A stretch of DNA of 64,000 nt from Podarcis gaigeae (Eukaryota). Both the position numbers and the translations under genes were made by a program. The stretch lies in assembly GCA_964106915.2 (NCBI GenBank), contig OZ066916.1. One strand, written 5' to 3'. The notes under the pieces were generated by a model, which made no database searches, was not told the origin of the DNA, and saw only the letters and a program-made list of their open reading frames with translations. Every line of letters starts with the position of its first letter. The stretch's first letter is position 1. Below are positions 1 to 12,466 of the stretch, piece after piece.

Positions 1-665
1 TACATAGACCCTGAATTTCAAAGACATTTAATTTTATCTGAAGAGTGTGCCTGATTCTATCCCATCTGTACAGCAGACTGGGAACTCAGCCAAGAAGCAT
101 GAGCTATCCTGCACTTTCTGAACTGTATGTTATGAATGCAAGAGAGCTTGCAGAGAAACCCATAAACAGAGTTGTTCCAGCATTTATTAGTATATGCAGA
201 ACATTTTCCTGTCCAGGAGAAACAAATGTTGTTCAGAATGGAAAATCAGACTAAACATAGACATGACAGCATGCCAGATCAGCCAGTTTACTGAGCAATC
301 AGGTAAGGTGTGAGTAATTCTGGAAATGCGTTATATATTGCATGGAGATGTCCTTCTGTCATTCTTTCTAATGTAGCACTTGGTAGTCATGTGCCTGTTA
401 AATGGACAGTGAAACAGAGCCACTCCAAGACAAGGCGGTGGTTTCCAAATACTTAGAAAAGTATGCCAAAAAAAATAGTTCTTTTAAGTTCTTTAAGGTA
501 AGGGGAGGAACCAAATCAGTCAATGAGGGCTGAGTATGCTCACTATGCTTCAGGGAACACATTATGACGAGCAGTTACAGATAGGTAGCCGTGTTGGTCT
601 GCCATAGTCAAAACAAAAAAAATTCCTTCCAGTAGCACCTTAAAGACCAACTAAGTTAGTTCTTG

Positions 666-703
666 GTATGAGCTTTCGTGTGCATGCACACTTCTTCAGA
701 TAC
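666..703 (-). ncRNA. Minimal type I hammerhead ribozyme motif (inverted copy)
   Basis: Exact reverse complement of 1256-1293 (gtatgagctttcgtgtgcatgcacacttcttcagatac). Confidence 0.8.
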
Positions 704-883
704 ACTGAAACAGAAGTTACCAGACCCTTCTATATAGTGAGAAGGTGGGGAGGGGTATTACTCAGAAGGGTGGTGGGAATGGGTGATTGGCAGATAGCTG
801 TGATGAGCCTGTTGACGACTCTTAACGACTGCAATAGGTCTTACAGGAAAAAGCAAGGGGTGAGAAGGTGAAAAATGGCTTTG

Positions 884-1018
884 TCATGTATAATGAGATA
901 AGAATCCAATGTCTTTGTTCAGACCAGGTCTCTCCATGGTTTTAAGTTTGGTAATAAGTTGCAATTCAGCAGCTTCTCTTTCCAGTCTATTTCTGAAATT
1001 CCTTTGTAGTAAAACAGC
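884..1018 (-). pseudogene. C-terminal remnant of PLE reverse transcriptase/GIY-YIG endonuclease ORF
   Basis: Manual translation of the minus strand gives AVLLQRNFRNRLEREAAELQLITKLKTMERPGLNKDIGFLSHYT*, matching the R..RE..E...I..L.T....GLN.D.G pattern that ends Penelope-type GIY-YIG domains. Confidence 0.8.
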
Positions 1019-1255
1019 TACATGGAGAGACCTGGTCTGAACAAAGACATTGGATTCTTATCTCATTATACATGACAAAGCCATTTTTCACCTTCTCACC
1101 CCTTGCTTTTTCCTGTAAGACCTATTGCAGTCGTTAAGAGTCGTCAACAGGCTCATCACAGCTATCTGCCAATCACCCATTCCCACCACCCTTCTGAGTA
1201 ATACCCCTCCCCACCTTCTCACTATATAGAAGGGTCTGGTAACTTCTGTTTCAGT

Positions 1256-1293
1256 GTATCTGAAGAAGTGTGCATGCACACGAAAGCTCATAC
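1256..1293 (+). ncRNA. Minimal type I hammerhead ribozyme motif (PLE-associated)
   Basis: GTAT-CTGAAGA-A-GTGTG(CATG)CACAC-GAAA-GC-TC-ATAC. Core CUGANGA 1260-1266, stem II 1268-1281, GAAA 1282-1285, palindromic AGCT mini stem III, UH site TC 1288-1289, stem I GTAT/ATAC. Confidence 0.8.
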
Positions 1294-1514
1294 CAAGAAC
1301 TAACTTAGTTGGTCTTTAAGGTGCTACTGGAAGGAATTTTTTTTTGTTTTGATTATGATGAGCCTTAGCCAGTATGATGAAAGGGAGGAAGAAAAAGAGG
1401 GTATGGAAATTTGACTTTGATTGAACCAGGAATTGGAAATCCACTCCAGTATTTTGCCAAGAAAACTCCATGGACACAAAAAAGGAGAAGCTTTGAGAAA
1501 AAAGTGTGAGTTTC

Positions 1515-1580
1515 CAAGGCATGCTCTGGTCCATGGCGTCACGGAGAGTCGAACACAACTAAGATGACTAAACAGCAACA
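1515..1580 (+). mobile_element. Bov-B (RTE) LINE 3'-end fragment
   Basis: gctctggtccatggcgtcacggagagtcgaacacaact..gactaaacagcaac encodes ALVHGVTESRTQL, matching the Bov-B ORF end, followed by a (CAA)-like tail. Confidence 0.65.
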
Positions 1581-1589
1581 CCACCACCT

Positions 1590-1703
1590 TGGTGCCCTCC
1601 AGATGTGTTGGACTACAATTCCCATCAACCCCAGCTAGCATGACCAACAGCCAGGGGTGATGGGAGCTGTAATCCAAATCAGCAGCAGGGCACCAGCTTG
1701 CGG
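1590..1703. mobile_element. Short palindromic hAT-derived MITE (ggactacaactcccatca family), degenerate
   Basis: ccagatgtgttggactacaattcccatca...tgatgggagctgtaatccaa; same family as the intact copy at 37117-37252. Confidence 0.6.
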
Positions 1704-3227
1704 AAATCTGACATTTGGTATCATGTGGGCCAGGGGATGAGGGTCAGGGAATGTGAGAGTCAGGAACTGTTGCCAAGGAAGTCTTAAACTCCTCTTAGAA
1801 CTCTCTGCTTCATGTTTCTTGATTTCACCTGGCAGAAGGATGCCAGTTCACCTCTCCACCCCTCACAATTAATCAGAAGCAAGACATGATGTGCTTGCTC
1901 TTGACTGACTGTCGGCCCTAGTGGATTGGTGTCCCAATGCATAACTAATAAATTACCATTGGGCTTGCTTGTTTGGCTTTAAAAACAGATGCAGTCAAAT
2001 TTAGTGATGAGAGAGCTATTAGACTGAATCGAACCTCAATGTTCCCTCCACTCCTTGTGATCTTTTAGAGGGATTTGACTGGCTGCCGTGTAGAATGCTA
2101 GAGTAGAAGGAATTTGGGTTCCACTTGGAAGCCATTTGTAATTACTTATTATTGAACACCAAGTAGTCACCTTTATTGCCATAAATGTTACTCTACAACC
2201 TTTAAGGAAGGCATTAATTGTCTCTTACATGGTTCTAAGGCAGAATGGTAAAGTGAGCTCCAGAACCAGGTTTTTGGTGTAATTCAGTACCTTTTCCATT
2301 AAACCAAGCTGTGTGAAACTAAAATGCCAACTGTCTGTAAAATAGGCTCTACGTTTCTTCTTGTATTTGAATTTATGCTCTCTCCCGAAGGCTTGAAGAT
2401 GAGCAATGATTTTTAATTAAAATGTAATTTAAATCCAATTAGACTTATATAATATAAAGCCCAGTAAAGTCCACAAGTCTCCACCAGCTTACCTGGCCTG
2501 CCTCCACCCAGAGAGTCAGTTCTAGTAGAAAGGCCTATGCGTCAAAGGCCAACAAAATAGCTACTTTGTAGAAACTACTTTAAATTGCTGCTCTTGGTGC
2601 CAGTCTGTACACAGTGAACCATTGATGTTTGCAGTGTGATGTCACTGCAAACCCTCTGATCCATCTGATGATCTGCATGTGACTCTTCGTGCCATTTGAA
2701 GGCCAGCACCACAGGAAGCAGAAGCTGCTTCTGTGTGGTGGCAGTTTCGGGGCCTTGGGACTATTCTGAGAAACTGCTCACCAGGCAAGGATTGCTGGAG
2801 ATTGCACTATAACCATTGCAAATACTTATCTGTGCATATTTATCACAGATTTCATTCTGCATATGTTGAGAATTGCTGAGGCAACCTTTGGAGGGGTGGC
2901 TAATGGACAGAAGAGTTGTTCTGGCAGTGACTAAGAACAGATAAACTGAGATAAGAAATGCTTTGGAAGGGCACATTTTTAACATAGAAAGTTGTTGCTC
3001 TTGTTGCTGTTGTTATTGCTGTGGTGGCTACCACCACAATTATTTCTACTCCATCTTTTAGGATCCAAATCCTTCCAAGGCAGCATACAGGTAACATTAA
3101 AATACACTTTAAGAACAAAAACAACATATCCAAAGTCATCAGGATCCTTCCATCAGGATAGCTGGCAGTATAGCTCTGGGTGAGGACAGTGTAAAAAGAG
3201 TAGGCTTTGTGGTCTTTTTCAGCTTCC

Positions 3228-3360
3228 CTCAAGGACGGGGAGCCTGTGGCCACTGAGATGTTGCTGGACTACAACTCTCATCATCCCTGACTGTTTGCCA
3301 TGTTGACTGGGGCTGATGGGAGTTGAATTCCAACGACACCTGGAGGGCCACACACTTCCT
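3228..3360. mobile_element. Short palindromic hAT-derived MITE, degenerate
   Basis: gatgttgctggactacaactctcatca...tgatgggagttgaattccaacgacacc inverted structure. Confidence 0.6.
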
Positions 3361-6150
3361 ATAAAAGGTAAACATGACTATAATAGTACTTGTATTGAGA
3401 GATACTTTGCTATATGAGTAAAGGTTTTCTTTACAGAAATAACACTGGCCTTTTGTGGGAATGAATCCCTCGGTGTGCACACAATGCAATGTGGATTTGC
3501 TGAATTCTGGTAAAATTGAGACAGCTCTCTCTACACCTTTACAGTCTGTTGTGAGGATGTAAGAGACACAACATTGAAGCTGGAAACTGAAGTCCCTTTT
3601 ATGCTACATTATTTTCTTCTCAAAAAAACAGTATATATGAGACATGCTGGTACTTGTATATTGATAGAAATGCCAATGTCAATGGCTGCCATGGGCAGCA
3701 ACAGTGGATACTGTCACAAAAAGGCCAAACACATATCATACACAACGCACATGCATATATTCTGCATAATTACTCTTACTTCCTTTGTTTACATCTTATG
3801 CTAAATGCAACATAATTATCCACTTGAAAAGCTGCCAGTATTTTCATCCTGCACGCGTGTTAATATTCATTTCAGTTTGGTTAATTGTCTTGTGTTTGGA
3901 CTGGTTACAGAGGCAGACGATATTTGGCCTGAGAATATTCTGTGTCTGAAAGATTCATTATCTATTCACTGTGTGTTTTCTTGCATCTTGTCACAAGGCA
4001 TTATGTTATTTCATGCCAGGGGCTTGACAGGAATGCTAACTTCTACAGTGCCACGTTGGAATTTGGAACTTTATTTTTCCTTTTTGGACTCATATCTTTG
4101 GCACAGTAGATCTTCTGGCAGGTTTTCTGACAAATACTTTGATAGGGCTTTTGATGGAATGAATATGTTGGCCTGTGTAAACAACATTCAAGTTTTAAGT
4201 GAGACCAAACACCCTGAGCCTGCCTCAAATTAATAAAAATAAACAAGCCACATTGATGCTGAAGTGCTGATGAAATGGATGAGTGGGTTCTTATGGTACA
4301 AAAATTGTGGTACAAAAACCTATAAGGCCAGTTCTTCCTGCTCTATAGTAGGAAGTCCCGAGCCTGCAATTCAGCTCCTCCACATGCCAGCCCTGACCTG
4401 CTTTTCAGAGGACAGATGCTGGTGTGAGAAACCAACTACAGTACAGGCTTCTCCCCTGTGGCCTGGAGCATCTCACATTACCTTGGTGTGCAACCAAGGA
4501 GAAATGCTATAGTGAATCTCACATGACCACTGCAGCCTTAAGAATTTTGGGAGTAGGGTGTCAAAAACTGTTTTTTTTTCAGGGGGGGGGGGTTCTCTTC
4601 AGACTGCCCTGGATAAAATATTATTCCACAGTATTCTGGGAGGAAAGGGAAGGCCTCACTGGCCGCTACTATTTTGGGTGTGTGTTAAGGTGGTGGTGTC
4701 ATTTCCCTCCAGAATGCTCTGGAATGAATGCTATGTTTGGCCTATTCTGAGGGGAAAGATGCAGGCTGCTAGCCACTGAGAGGAACTCTTATATCATCAG
4801 GATGAGATTGCCCCTAAATTTCCCCTGAAAACATACAGAAATAGAATGGGGCATTTCAGCTTGGCTTTAATTTTTTATATGCTTCCTTCTCCCTTAATAA
4901 AACGGAGGAACTTCCCAGCGCTGTGCCCTGCAGATTGGCACAGTGATTACACAGAGCCTTAAAGTCAGCATCTAGAAGCTTTTGCACAGCTCTGACTGTG
5001 CTGAGATGCAATTAGTGTTCATGTCTTGGCAAAAACCAGAGAAACACTTTAGATTTCTGTCCTGTTTGACAAAAGAGTTACTGAATGACACAGAATTTTT
5101 TGTTGAGCTCCAGGCTGAGCTTCAGGTTGCAGTCCTAGCTCCACTTACCTGAGAGTAGGCCCCACTGAACTTAGTGGTACTTACTTCTGAGTAGGTGTGT
5201 ATAGAATTGCAAACAGACTTTAGCCCCGGCATTTTCTGGCTCAGCAGCAACAAAGGTGTAGTTTAAAACTACAGCTATTTCAGCTAATGCAAGTAATAAA
5301 GGTTTAAAAATACCGTGCTAAACAGATGAGCTAGTTGTCTTTAAAATTAAATGCCCTTAAATTGAAATATTTGTCTTTAGCGAACAGAAAAAAAGTATTA
5401 GCTCATACTAATGGCTTGCCCTAGACCTAAGCTGAAATTTGCACAGAATTTTTTTCATTGCTAACATAATTAACCAATAAATTTAAAACTAAGAAAAAAC
5501 AGATATTCATCTTTCACAGAATTTAGAGTGCTACAATCAACTGAGGGCACATTTAGTCTAGCTAAAAGGCACTGCATATATTCCACAGCTAAGAAAATGT
5601 TTGTCTAAGTCTCTTTAATGATTTTTTCCTGAGCTTAACAGCAGAAGGGGGGCAATTTTCATCAGAATTCTGAGAGAGGGAATGGGTGAAGGTTAAAACT
5701 CTGCCTGCCCCTGCTTGGCTGACTGGGATATAATTAAGAGTTAAGTTATCCCGGGCTGGTTGGGTGTCTTGCATAGTTGTCTTCTCTCAACACATGACTG
5801 ACAATGCCATTCGGAAAAAGCGTTTGATGAAGTGAGCAGGCAGACACTCGCCACACACTCCAGCAGTTTTTGCATGTGCACCTGCATTGCTCTGCTCATG
5901 TGACACATGCTGGTGCCATCACTACTATAGTACTGCATTTGTTTGAGCGAATAGGTGCCAGGCAGAGCAACAAGCAAGTGGTGGTGAAATGTTGGAGAAT
6001 GGAACTGTGGATGAAACATGGCTTCTCTTGTACCCCTTAAACTTGCTTCTTTTAGTGGACGACATTGTCCCATCGACTGAGTTTTGACTGCCATTCTGAT
6101 TGGATTGTGTTTGGGTAATGGGGTGGACAATCTGAATGAGAAAGGGGAAA

Positions 6151-6338
6151 GGCCATACCTCAGTGGTAGAGCATCTGCTTTGTATGCAGGAGATCTCAAG
6201 GTTCAGTCCCTGACATCTTGAGGTAGGGCTGGAAAAGACCTCTGCCTGAAACCCTGGGGACCTGCTGCCGGCCAGTGTCCATAGTACTTAGCTAGATAGA
6301 CAATGGTCTGACTCAGTCCAAGGCAGCTTCCTTTGTTC
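6151..6338 (+). mobile_element. tRNA-derived SINE
   Basis: tRNA-like head with A-box (tacctcagtggtaga) and B-box (ggttcagtccc), and a CR1-like 3' end (ggcagcttcctttgttc). Homologous to 46734-46914(-). Confidence 0.7.
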
Positions 6339-6546
6339 AAATGTTCTGATGCAGAGGTTGTTTCACTCTTATATGTCAACACTTTATCTTTGTCCATGTT
6401 AACCTTCATTTTGGTCCAATGCCAACTCCAGCTGAAGAACAGCCAGGAGAAAACGTTTCTGTACTGCTAGGCATTTGAGTGATGGAGGGTTGCTTCTTGG
6501 GAGGGCTCCATTTTTATGCATGAATTATGTGGTGATCACTAGAGTA

Positions 6547-6914
6547 AAAAGGTAAAGGTAAAGGTACCCCTGCCCGTACGGGCCAGTCTTGACAGACTCT
6601 GGGGTTGTGCGCCCATCTCACTCAAGAGGCCAGGGGCCAGCACTGTCCGGAGACACTTCTGGGTCACGTGGCCAGCGTGACATCGCTGCTCTGGTGAGCC
6701 AGAGCCGCACACGGAAACGCCGTTTACCTTCCCGCTGGTAAGCGGTCCCTATTTATCTACTTGCACCCGGAGGTGCTTTCGAACTGCTAGGTTGGCAGGC
6801 GCTGGGACCGAGCAGCAGGAGCGCACCCCGCCACAGGGATTCGAACCGCCGACCTGACGATCGGCAAGTCCTAGGCGCTGAGGCTTTAACCCACAGCGCC
6901 ACCTGCGTCCCGTG
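6547..6914 (-). mobile_element. Sauria SINE (young, full length)
   Basis: Minus strand begins GGGACGCAGGTGGCGCTGTGGGTTAAA with B-box GGTTCGAATCC and ends in an (ACCTTT)n tail. TSD GATCACTAGAGTA at 6534-6546 and 6915-6927. Confidence 0.92.
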
Positions 6915-7269
6915 GATCACTAGAGTAGTTGTAACTTGTTACATATTTTACTGATGTGGTCACGGGAATGGAATCTTTTTTGTGCTTCAAAATGTTTAAT
7001 TTCTATATGTTTCTGCATTATGTGATATGCTTTATATTGCAAATCATTTACGGACAACTTGCATTAGAAATCAATGAGTTTGATAAATAACAACTATGAT
7101 GATCATTTTTTGTATTTAACTAGCATCCGATTCATTATTATGTCAAACACTGATTGCTTCTTTCCAATCTGCACCGACTATCTCATCCCACCCCCTTTTG
7201 GACATAGGTCCCACAGATCCAATTGAACTTATGTTATTTTCTAGTGATGTGTGTATATTAAGACTAAAG

Positions 7270-7640
7270 TGTTTAAATTTTAGCCATTGGTATAGTTTAG
7301 GAGAAGCCATGTGGGAGTAGGTGAAAAGTCCTGCTGAAACGGAAGCACTCCAACTGCCTTCTCTTTGCCTCCTAAACCATTTTTTTAATCAAAAAAAAGA
7401 AAACTAAGCTGTTCTCAACAAAGCCATGTTGATTGCTAGTAATCATGCCTTTTTTGTCTAGATGCTGGCAAATAAGTGGCTTTATCATTTGCTGCACTAT
7501 CTTTGAGGTAAAGTAATCAGATGAACTTGTCCAATAATTCCCTGTGGTCCTTGTGTAAAAAATAGGCACTATATATTTGCTTTTATTCAGTTTTCTGGAA
7601 CCTGATCAGTTTTCCATTAATTTTCAAAAAGAATAGGCTT
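7270..7640 (-). mobile_element. CR1 LINE ORF2 fragment (degenerate)
   Basis: ORF 7372..7569 (PIFY..TGNYW.SS...SKIVQQMIK..ICQHL...MITSNQHGF) resembles the start of the CR1 RT domain; a probable upstream piece lies near 8400-8545. Confidence 0.65.
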
Positions 7641-7789
7641 GTCAGCATGACAGCCTGTTATCTAACCACCCCCTTAATGGTCCCCTCATATTTATTTTGT
7701 TCCCTCCCCATATATACCTCTCTCTTCTCTGTTATTATTTTGTATTCATATTTATTACATCTTTAAAATGTATGTGATTTTCCCTCTTC

Positions 7790-7930
7790 CCACTGCATCC
7801 TCACAATTCTGTGAGGTAGGTTAGGCTGAGAGACAAGCCCAAAGTTAGCTAGTGAGCTTTGTGGCTGAGCAGGGGACTAGAACCCTGTTCTTTCAGGTCT
7901 TAGTGAAAAACTTTCACCACCACACTGGCA
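7790..7930 (-). mobile_element. MIR/CORE-like SINE fragment
   Basis: cctcacaattctgtgaggtaggttaggctgagaga...cccaaagt...gactagaacc CORE-SINE pattern. Confidence 0.55.
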
Positions 7931-10900
7931 CTACACCACAATAGCTCTCTACACCACACTGTTTATTTATGTTTATATTTTACATTGATGTCATTGCAGC
8001 ATGAAGCTGTATCAGTAGGGTTTCATGGGCCCAATAGCTGCCACTGGCTTAGCGTGTCATCTCCCTGATGTGTATGTTTGCAGAAGAGACAGGTAGGTAG
8101 TTTGCCTTGAACCAGGTAGCTGAGTGCAATTTCAGGCCTTAGAAGCTGAATTTTGATTTCTCTGGGCAGCCCATGAGGAATTAATCCTTCTCCATGTGGC
8201 AGCTTTTGGACAATATATTGAGGGTGCAGATTGGTTGACTGATCTCCAGACACAGCTTTTTTACAAAAAAACCCACAAAGTTGACTGATGGACCTGGTTG
8301 CACATAAGGCGGTGTAATAGTTTTGAGATTTGCCAAGTGAACTCATTACCAATCCTTAGGAAAATGTTATTGGAGCTCCATTGACTTAAATTTGTTCAAA
8401 TTGTTCAAGTGTTTTCTGAAATTCTTCTTTGTCACCGTTGGTCCCTTTTCTTGCCTTGGTTATGTCAGTGCTGATTGATGTCTCATCCCTGCTTCCTTTC
8501 TTTGTAAATACTGAAATGAAGTCAATATTGATTTCTTCATTTGCAAAGGTTACCTGCCGTTGCTTGCTCTGCAGGCCCTTTGTAGAATGTTCTACCTGTA
8601 TTCTGCCTCAAAGCACTGCGGTCTTGGTTGTCTCTGCTAATCTGAAGGACTAGGGTAGAAGGTTTAAGCTTCTGCTTGCAGTAGGGGGAGAAAGTAGGTG
8701 AATTTTTGGGTCCCTTCCAACCTGACAATTAGAGTACCACCTACTCCTAAAGCAACATTTCCAATTTTCAGAAATAATGGCCAAATTACTGAGCCTTGAG
8801 CTAACGATACTGGACATGTCTCTTGTTCTCGAGTAATAATACCTGTTCAGAAATTCAAGGTAGCAGGCTCTTTAAGGTAACTGCATTAATGACTCATGTG
8901 ATTGACAGCACTAATGGGCTCCTGAAATTAAAACTTCATTCATATGTTACAGTTTAGTGGTTATGCTACAAAGAAGGATTAAAATCTGTATTAACATTTC
9001 ATTTTTAAAAAAAAAAAAAAAACCTGCTACAGTTTTATTACTATAAGAAGCTAGTCTGGAGTGTTTATTTTTAGAATTATCCTCATTAATACCAAATTAT
9101 AATGGTTGAGCAATGGGTATGGGGCCACTACCTGTTCTCTGTATGCAAATTAATATTAAAACTACGGTTTCATTTCTTTTTCTAATCTAATTTAGGTTGT
9201 ATGATCAAACCAATGGACTTTTGTGATTATGTTCATCTGCAAAGTGACAGGTAGCATGTACTCTGATGGCAGCAAAGGAATTAACATGTATGGTATTTAA
9301 TGTTAAAATAATCACTAATTGGTTAGGATTACTGTGGGATTACTGTGATTGCAGTGCATTTAGCAACAGAAGATTCAGTCCTAGACACTACTATTAATTT
9401 AATCTACTTCATATGCAGGAGATACTAATTTCGTCGGACTGGCACATTCAATACAAGTATGCTGAGAGAGCAACACATTCATTTAATAAAATGGAATCAT
9501 TTTAGTAATTGTTATTCCCATTACTCTGGTCTTCCTGTTTTGTTGTTGTTGTTGTTGTTGTTTTTTGAAATAGGGAGCACAATTTCATGGCATACTGTCT
9601 TCTGTGTTGCATCCATCTCCTGTGTTTCCTGGTTGCTGCTTACAAACTCCTGGGAGAGTGTGATGATTGCCGAGTTAGATGAGACTAGGGATGTTGGAGA
9701 ATTTTGCAGGAAATGAGATCTTAAATTGCCAATGTTTGCTTATATCTGGAACAGAAATCAATCCAGCAAATATGATCGACATTCATTCTTGTTTTTTTTC
9801 AGTCTGTTGATACTACTTAATATCATCATCATCATCATCATCATCAATGTATTAAATTTATATCCTGCACTTCCTCTGAAAATAAAAAACAATTAGATCA
9901 TCTAAAATTCAGTGCAGCTATAGACTAGGACAGATTTCTACTTAAAAGGCTTGTTGAAAGAGGAAGGTCTTCAGTAGGTATCTAAAAGACAACAGAGATG
10001 GAACACTGTCCAACCATCTCGTCCTCTGCTGTCCTTTTCTCCTTAATGATGATCAGATGAATTGCACAATTAATTACATCAAATTTCACCATAACTGAAA
10101 GTAAGACGAATAATGTTGTTTTGCAGCAGAACTGGAACAAGTGCTGCATGCGATGAATATGAGGCGGGATGGAGATAGATGCCTTCTTACATCTGTAGTT
10201 GAAACCTTATACTCTGTTGTGGCCTAGAGGGCAGTGAGGGGGGGGATGGGGCTTTTAGTTACTCCATTTCAAGACTAGCAACTCCTGCACAAGCAACACG
10301 CAGTCCTCCTCACTCTAATTTTATGCCTTGCACTGGTAGGCTTTTTCTGGCAGTACCTAGGCTGGTTTATCTTGACTTTCGCCAGTACTATGGGCCTTAA
10401 GAGTGATCCTGTCCCTCCCAGTCAACATAATTTGGGAATAGGATCAGCCTGTTAATTTCTGTTTAAACATTTATTGCATTTATGGGCCTTCTCCACCATT
10501 TTGCTTGTTTGTGAGAGAGAAATAAGATACCCACTTCGATGAATCACAACCGCTGAGGTACCTGCGGTGAGGTTTAACAAATTGTTTATGAATGCTCACA
10601 TCTCTGAAATGTCAGTTCATTCAATTTGTAATGGAGCAATTCTCCTCATGATCGGCAAGCCCAAGAGGCTCAGTGACTTAGACCACACAACACCCGCGTC
10701 CGTAGTACCATGCAAATGATTAGATGGGGGGGCAGGGTATGTGTGTGTAAATAGCGTATCCATTCATTGTCTTATTGAATTAATACATGTTTGAAAGGAA
10801 GTTACAGAAACACTAGAGTTAACTATGGTGGTGCTGGTGTTGTTGAAATTTATAGTTTCCTGCAGAGGGGCATAATCAGAAGATGAAGAGGTGACTTCTG

Positions 10901-12466
10901 ATCTAACTAAATTCTTCTTCACTACTACAACAGAAGCCTATTTATTTATTTAGTCTGATTTTTCATTTGAAAATGTACAATAATACGACAGAAGAATACA
11001 ATATCATATTACATATTGGGAAATAAGTAACCCAAATATTTGACAAAGGTTTCCTTCAATCCCCTTCAATATTTAATAGTCATACTAATAAAAGTGTGTG
11101 AGCCAAATGGCACCAATAGCCAGAACAAACAGAATGCAAATTTATCTTTAAGGACTTCACAAAAAATTCTTTGGAAGTTTCATTTTCTTGCACAGGAAAG
11201 GCAAGAAGAACAACAGCAATGAACAACATAAATCTGATGGTGGTGGTGATGATGGTGACATAATGTTCATTTGCTTTATAACTATCTAATTGATGGAGAT
11301 TTTCTATAAAGTTGTTTCATATGATCTACAGAAAGATTACAGAGACAAATGAATATCAGGATTTTTTCCCTCAAGTGTGCAACTGAATTTATTCCCCATG
11401 CAACCCAAGGAAGAGATTGGCTCTTATGCTATGGTTTTCAGTCATAACATAGCTGTTGAATGGGGCAAGGGAGTGGAGACATTCAACAGAGTATTAGTGG
11501 CTGAGTTCTACATGACAAGTACTTCCAAATATATAGCAGTAAGTATGTTGGTTTGTGTGTGCAGATCCCCCAATAGGATGCAATCTATTGCACCCTTGTG
11601 GCCAATGCAGTCTGCTTCTGTCTTGATCTAATATTTATCACTACTTTCTGTGGCAGCAAACACCATAAGCACATTATGCATTGTATGACAGGCAACCTGC
11701 ATGTGACATTGGCATATATGAATTTCACTATTTGTGACAATGACACACATGGGTTTCCCACTCTATGTACACATGGTGTGCAAGCAATGGGACACAACAC
11801 CCAATCTTAGCTTGCCAGCATGAATACATGAGGCAAGAACACCCACATGTTGTCAAACATGACAATCTAACAGCATATCCTAGCCCCCTATCACACATAC
11901 ACACATACAGAAGAGCCTTCTGTTCTATTGTTTTCTAATTTTACCATCATAACCTTGCCAAAGGGAACTCAAACTGACTTAAAAAAATAAAAATAAAGAT
12001 CCACATAGATACATTTGAACCAATCAGAGCCATGAGTACTCTCAAATGTGAACTCATGGATTTCGTACACTCAAGATGCTCCACACTTCAATGAAAGCTG
12101 AAAGAAGAAACGTGCACATAGATCAGAGCAATTGTGTTTTGCTGAACATGGGCAAATATCTTTATAACGAATGTGTTAGGCCTGTTTTATTACTGTCACT
12201 TTATTGTCAGCTGATTTGTTCACATTTTATGGATATCTGTGCATCTGTTTTAATTCTCTCACTTGGATCAAAGGAATGCCTGTCTACATCCATACATTTG
12301 CGAGAAACCAGCTGTCAAGTAATATGACTGAGGAAAGGCACAGCTCTTTCTGACAGATACACCTCTGCATCTGCTGCAACCTCTGCATTGTGCATTGTTA
12401 CATTTATATCCTTCCTTGCAAGTGCATGATTTCCCCCTCCTTTTTAGAGGGGGATAAATTCCATGA

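Larger units (their letters stand above)
573..1351 (-). mobile_element. 5'-truncated Penelope-like retroelement (PLE) with inverted pseudo-LTR arms
   Basis: Inverted arms 609-938 and 1021-1351 are essentially identical apart from one base in a poly-A/T run; identical ORFs 668..871(+) and 1088..1291(-) confirm the symmetry. Flanked by a 12-bp TSD ATTATGACGAGC (561-572) / ATTATGATGAGC (1352-1363). Contains hammerhead motifs and a GIY-YIG C-terminal ORF remnant. Confidence 0.88.

Noticed and set aside
668-1291. Two identical 67-aa ORFs (668..871 +, 1088..1291 -) suggesting a duplicated small gene
   Set aside because: They are a by-product of the inverted PLE arms, antisense to the element's own ORF and pseudo-LTR, with no recognisable protein features.
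6151-6225. tRNA genes (also at the Sauria SINE heads and near 46850-46914)
   Set aside because: These are degenerate tRNA-derived SINE heads continuing into SINE bodies, with no intact cloverleaf.
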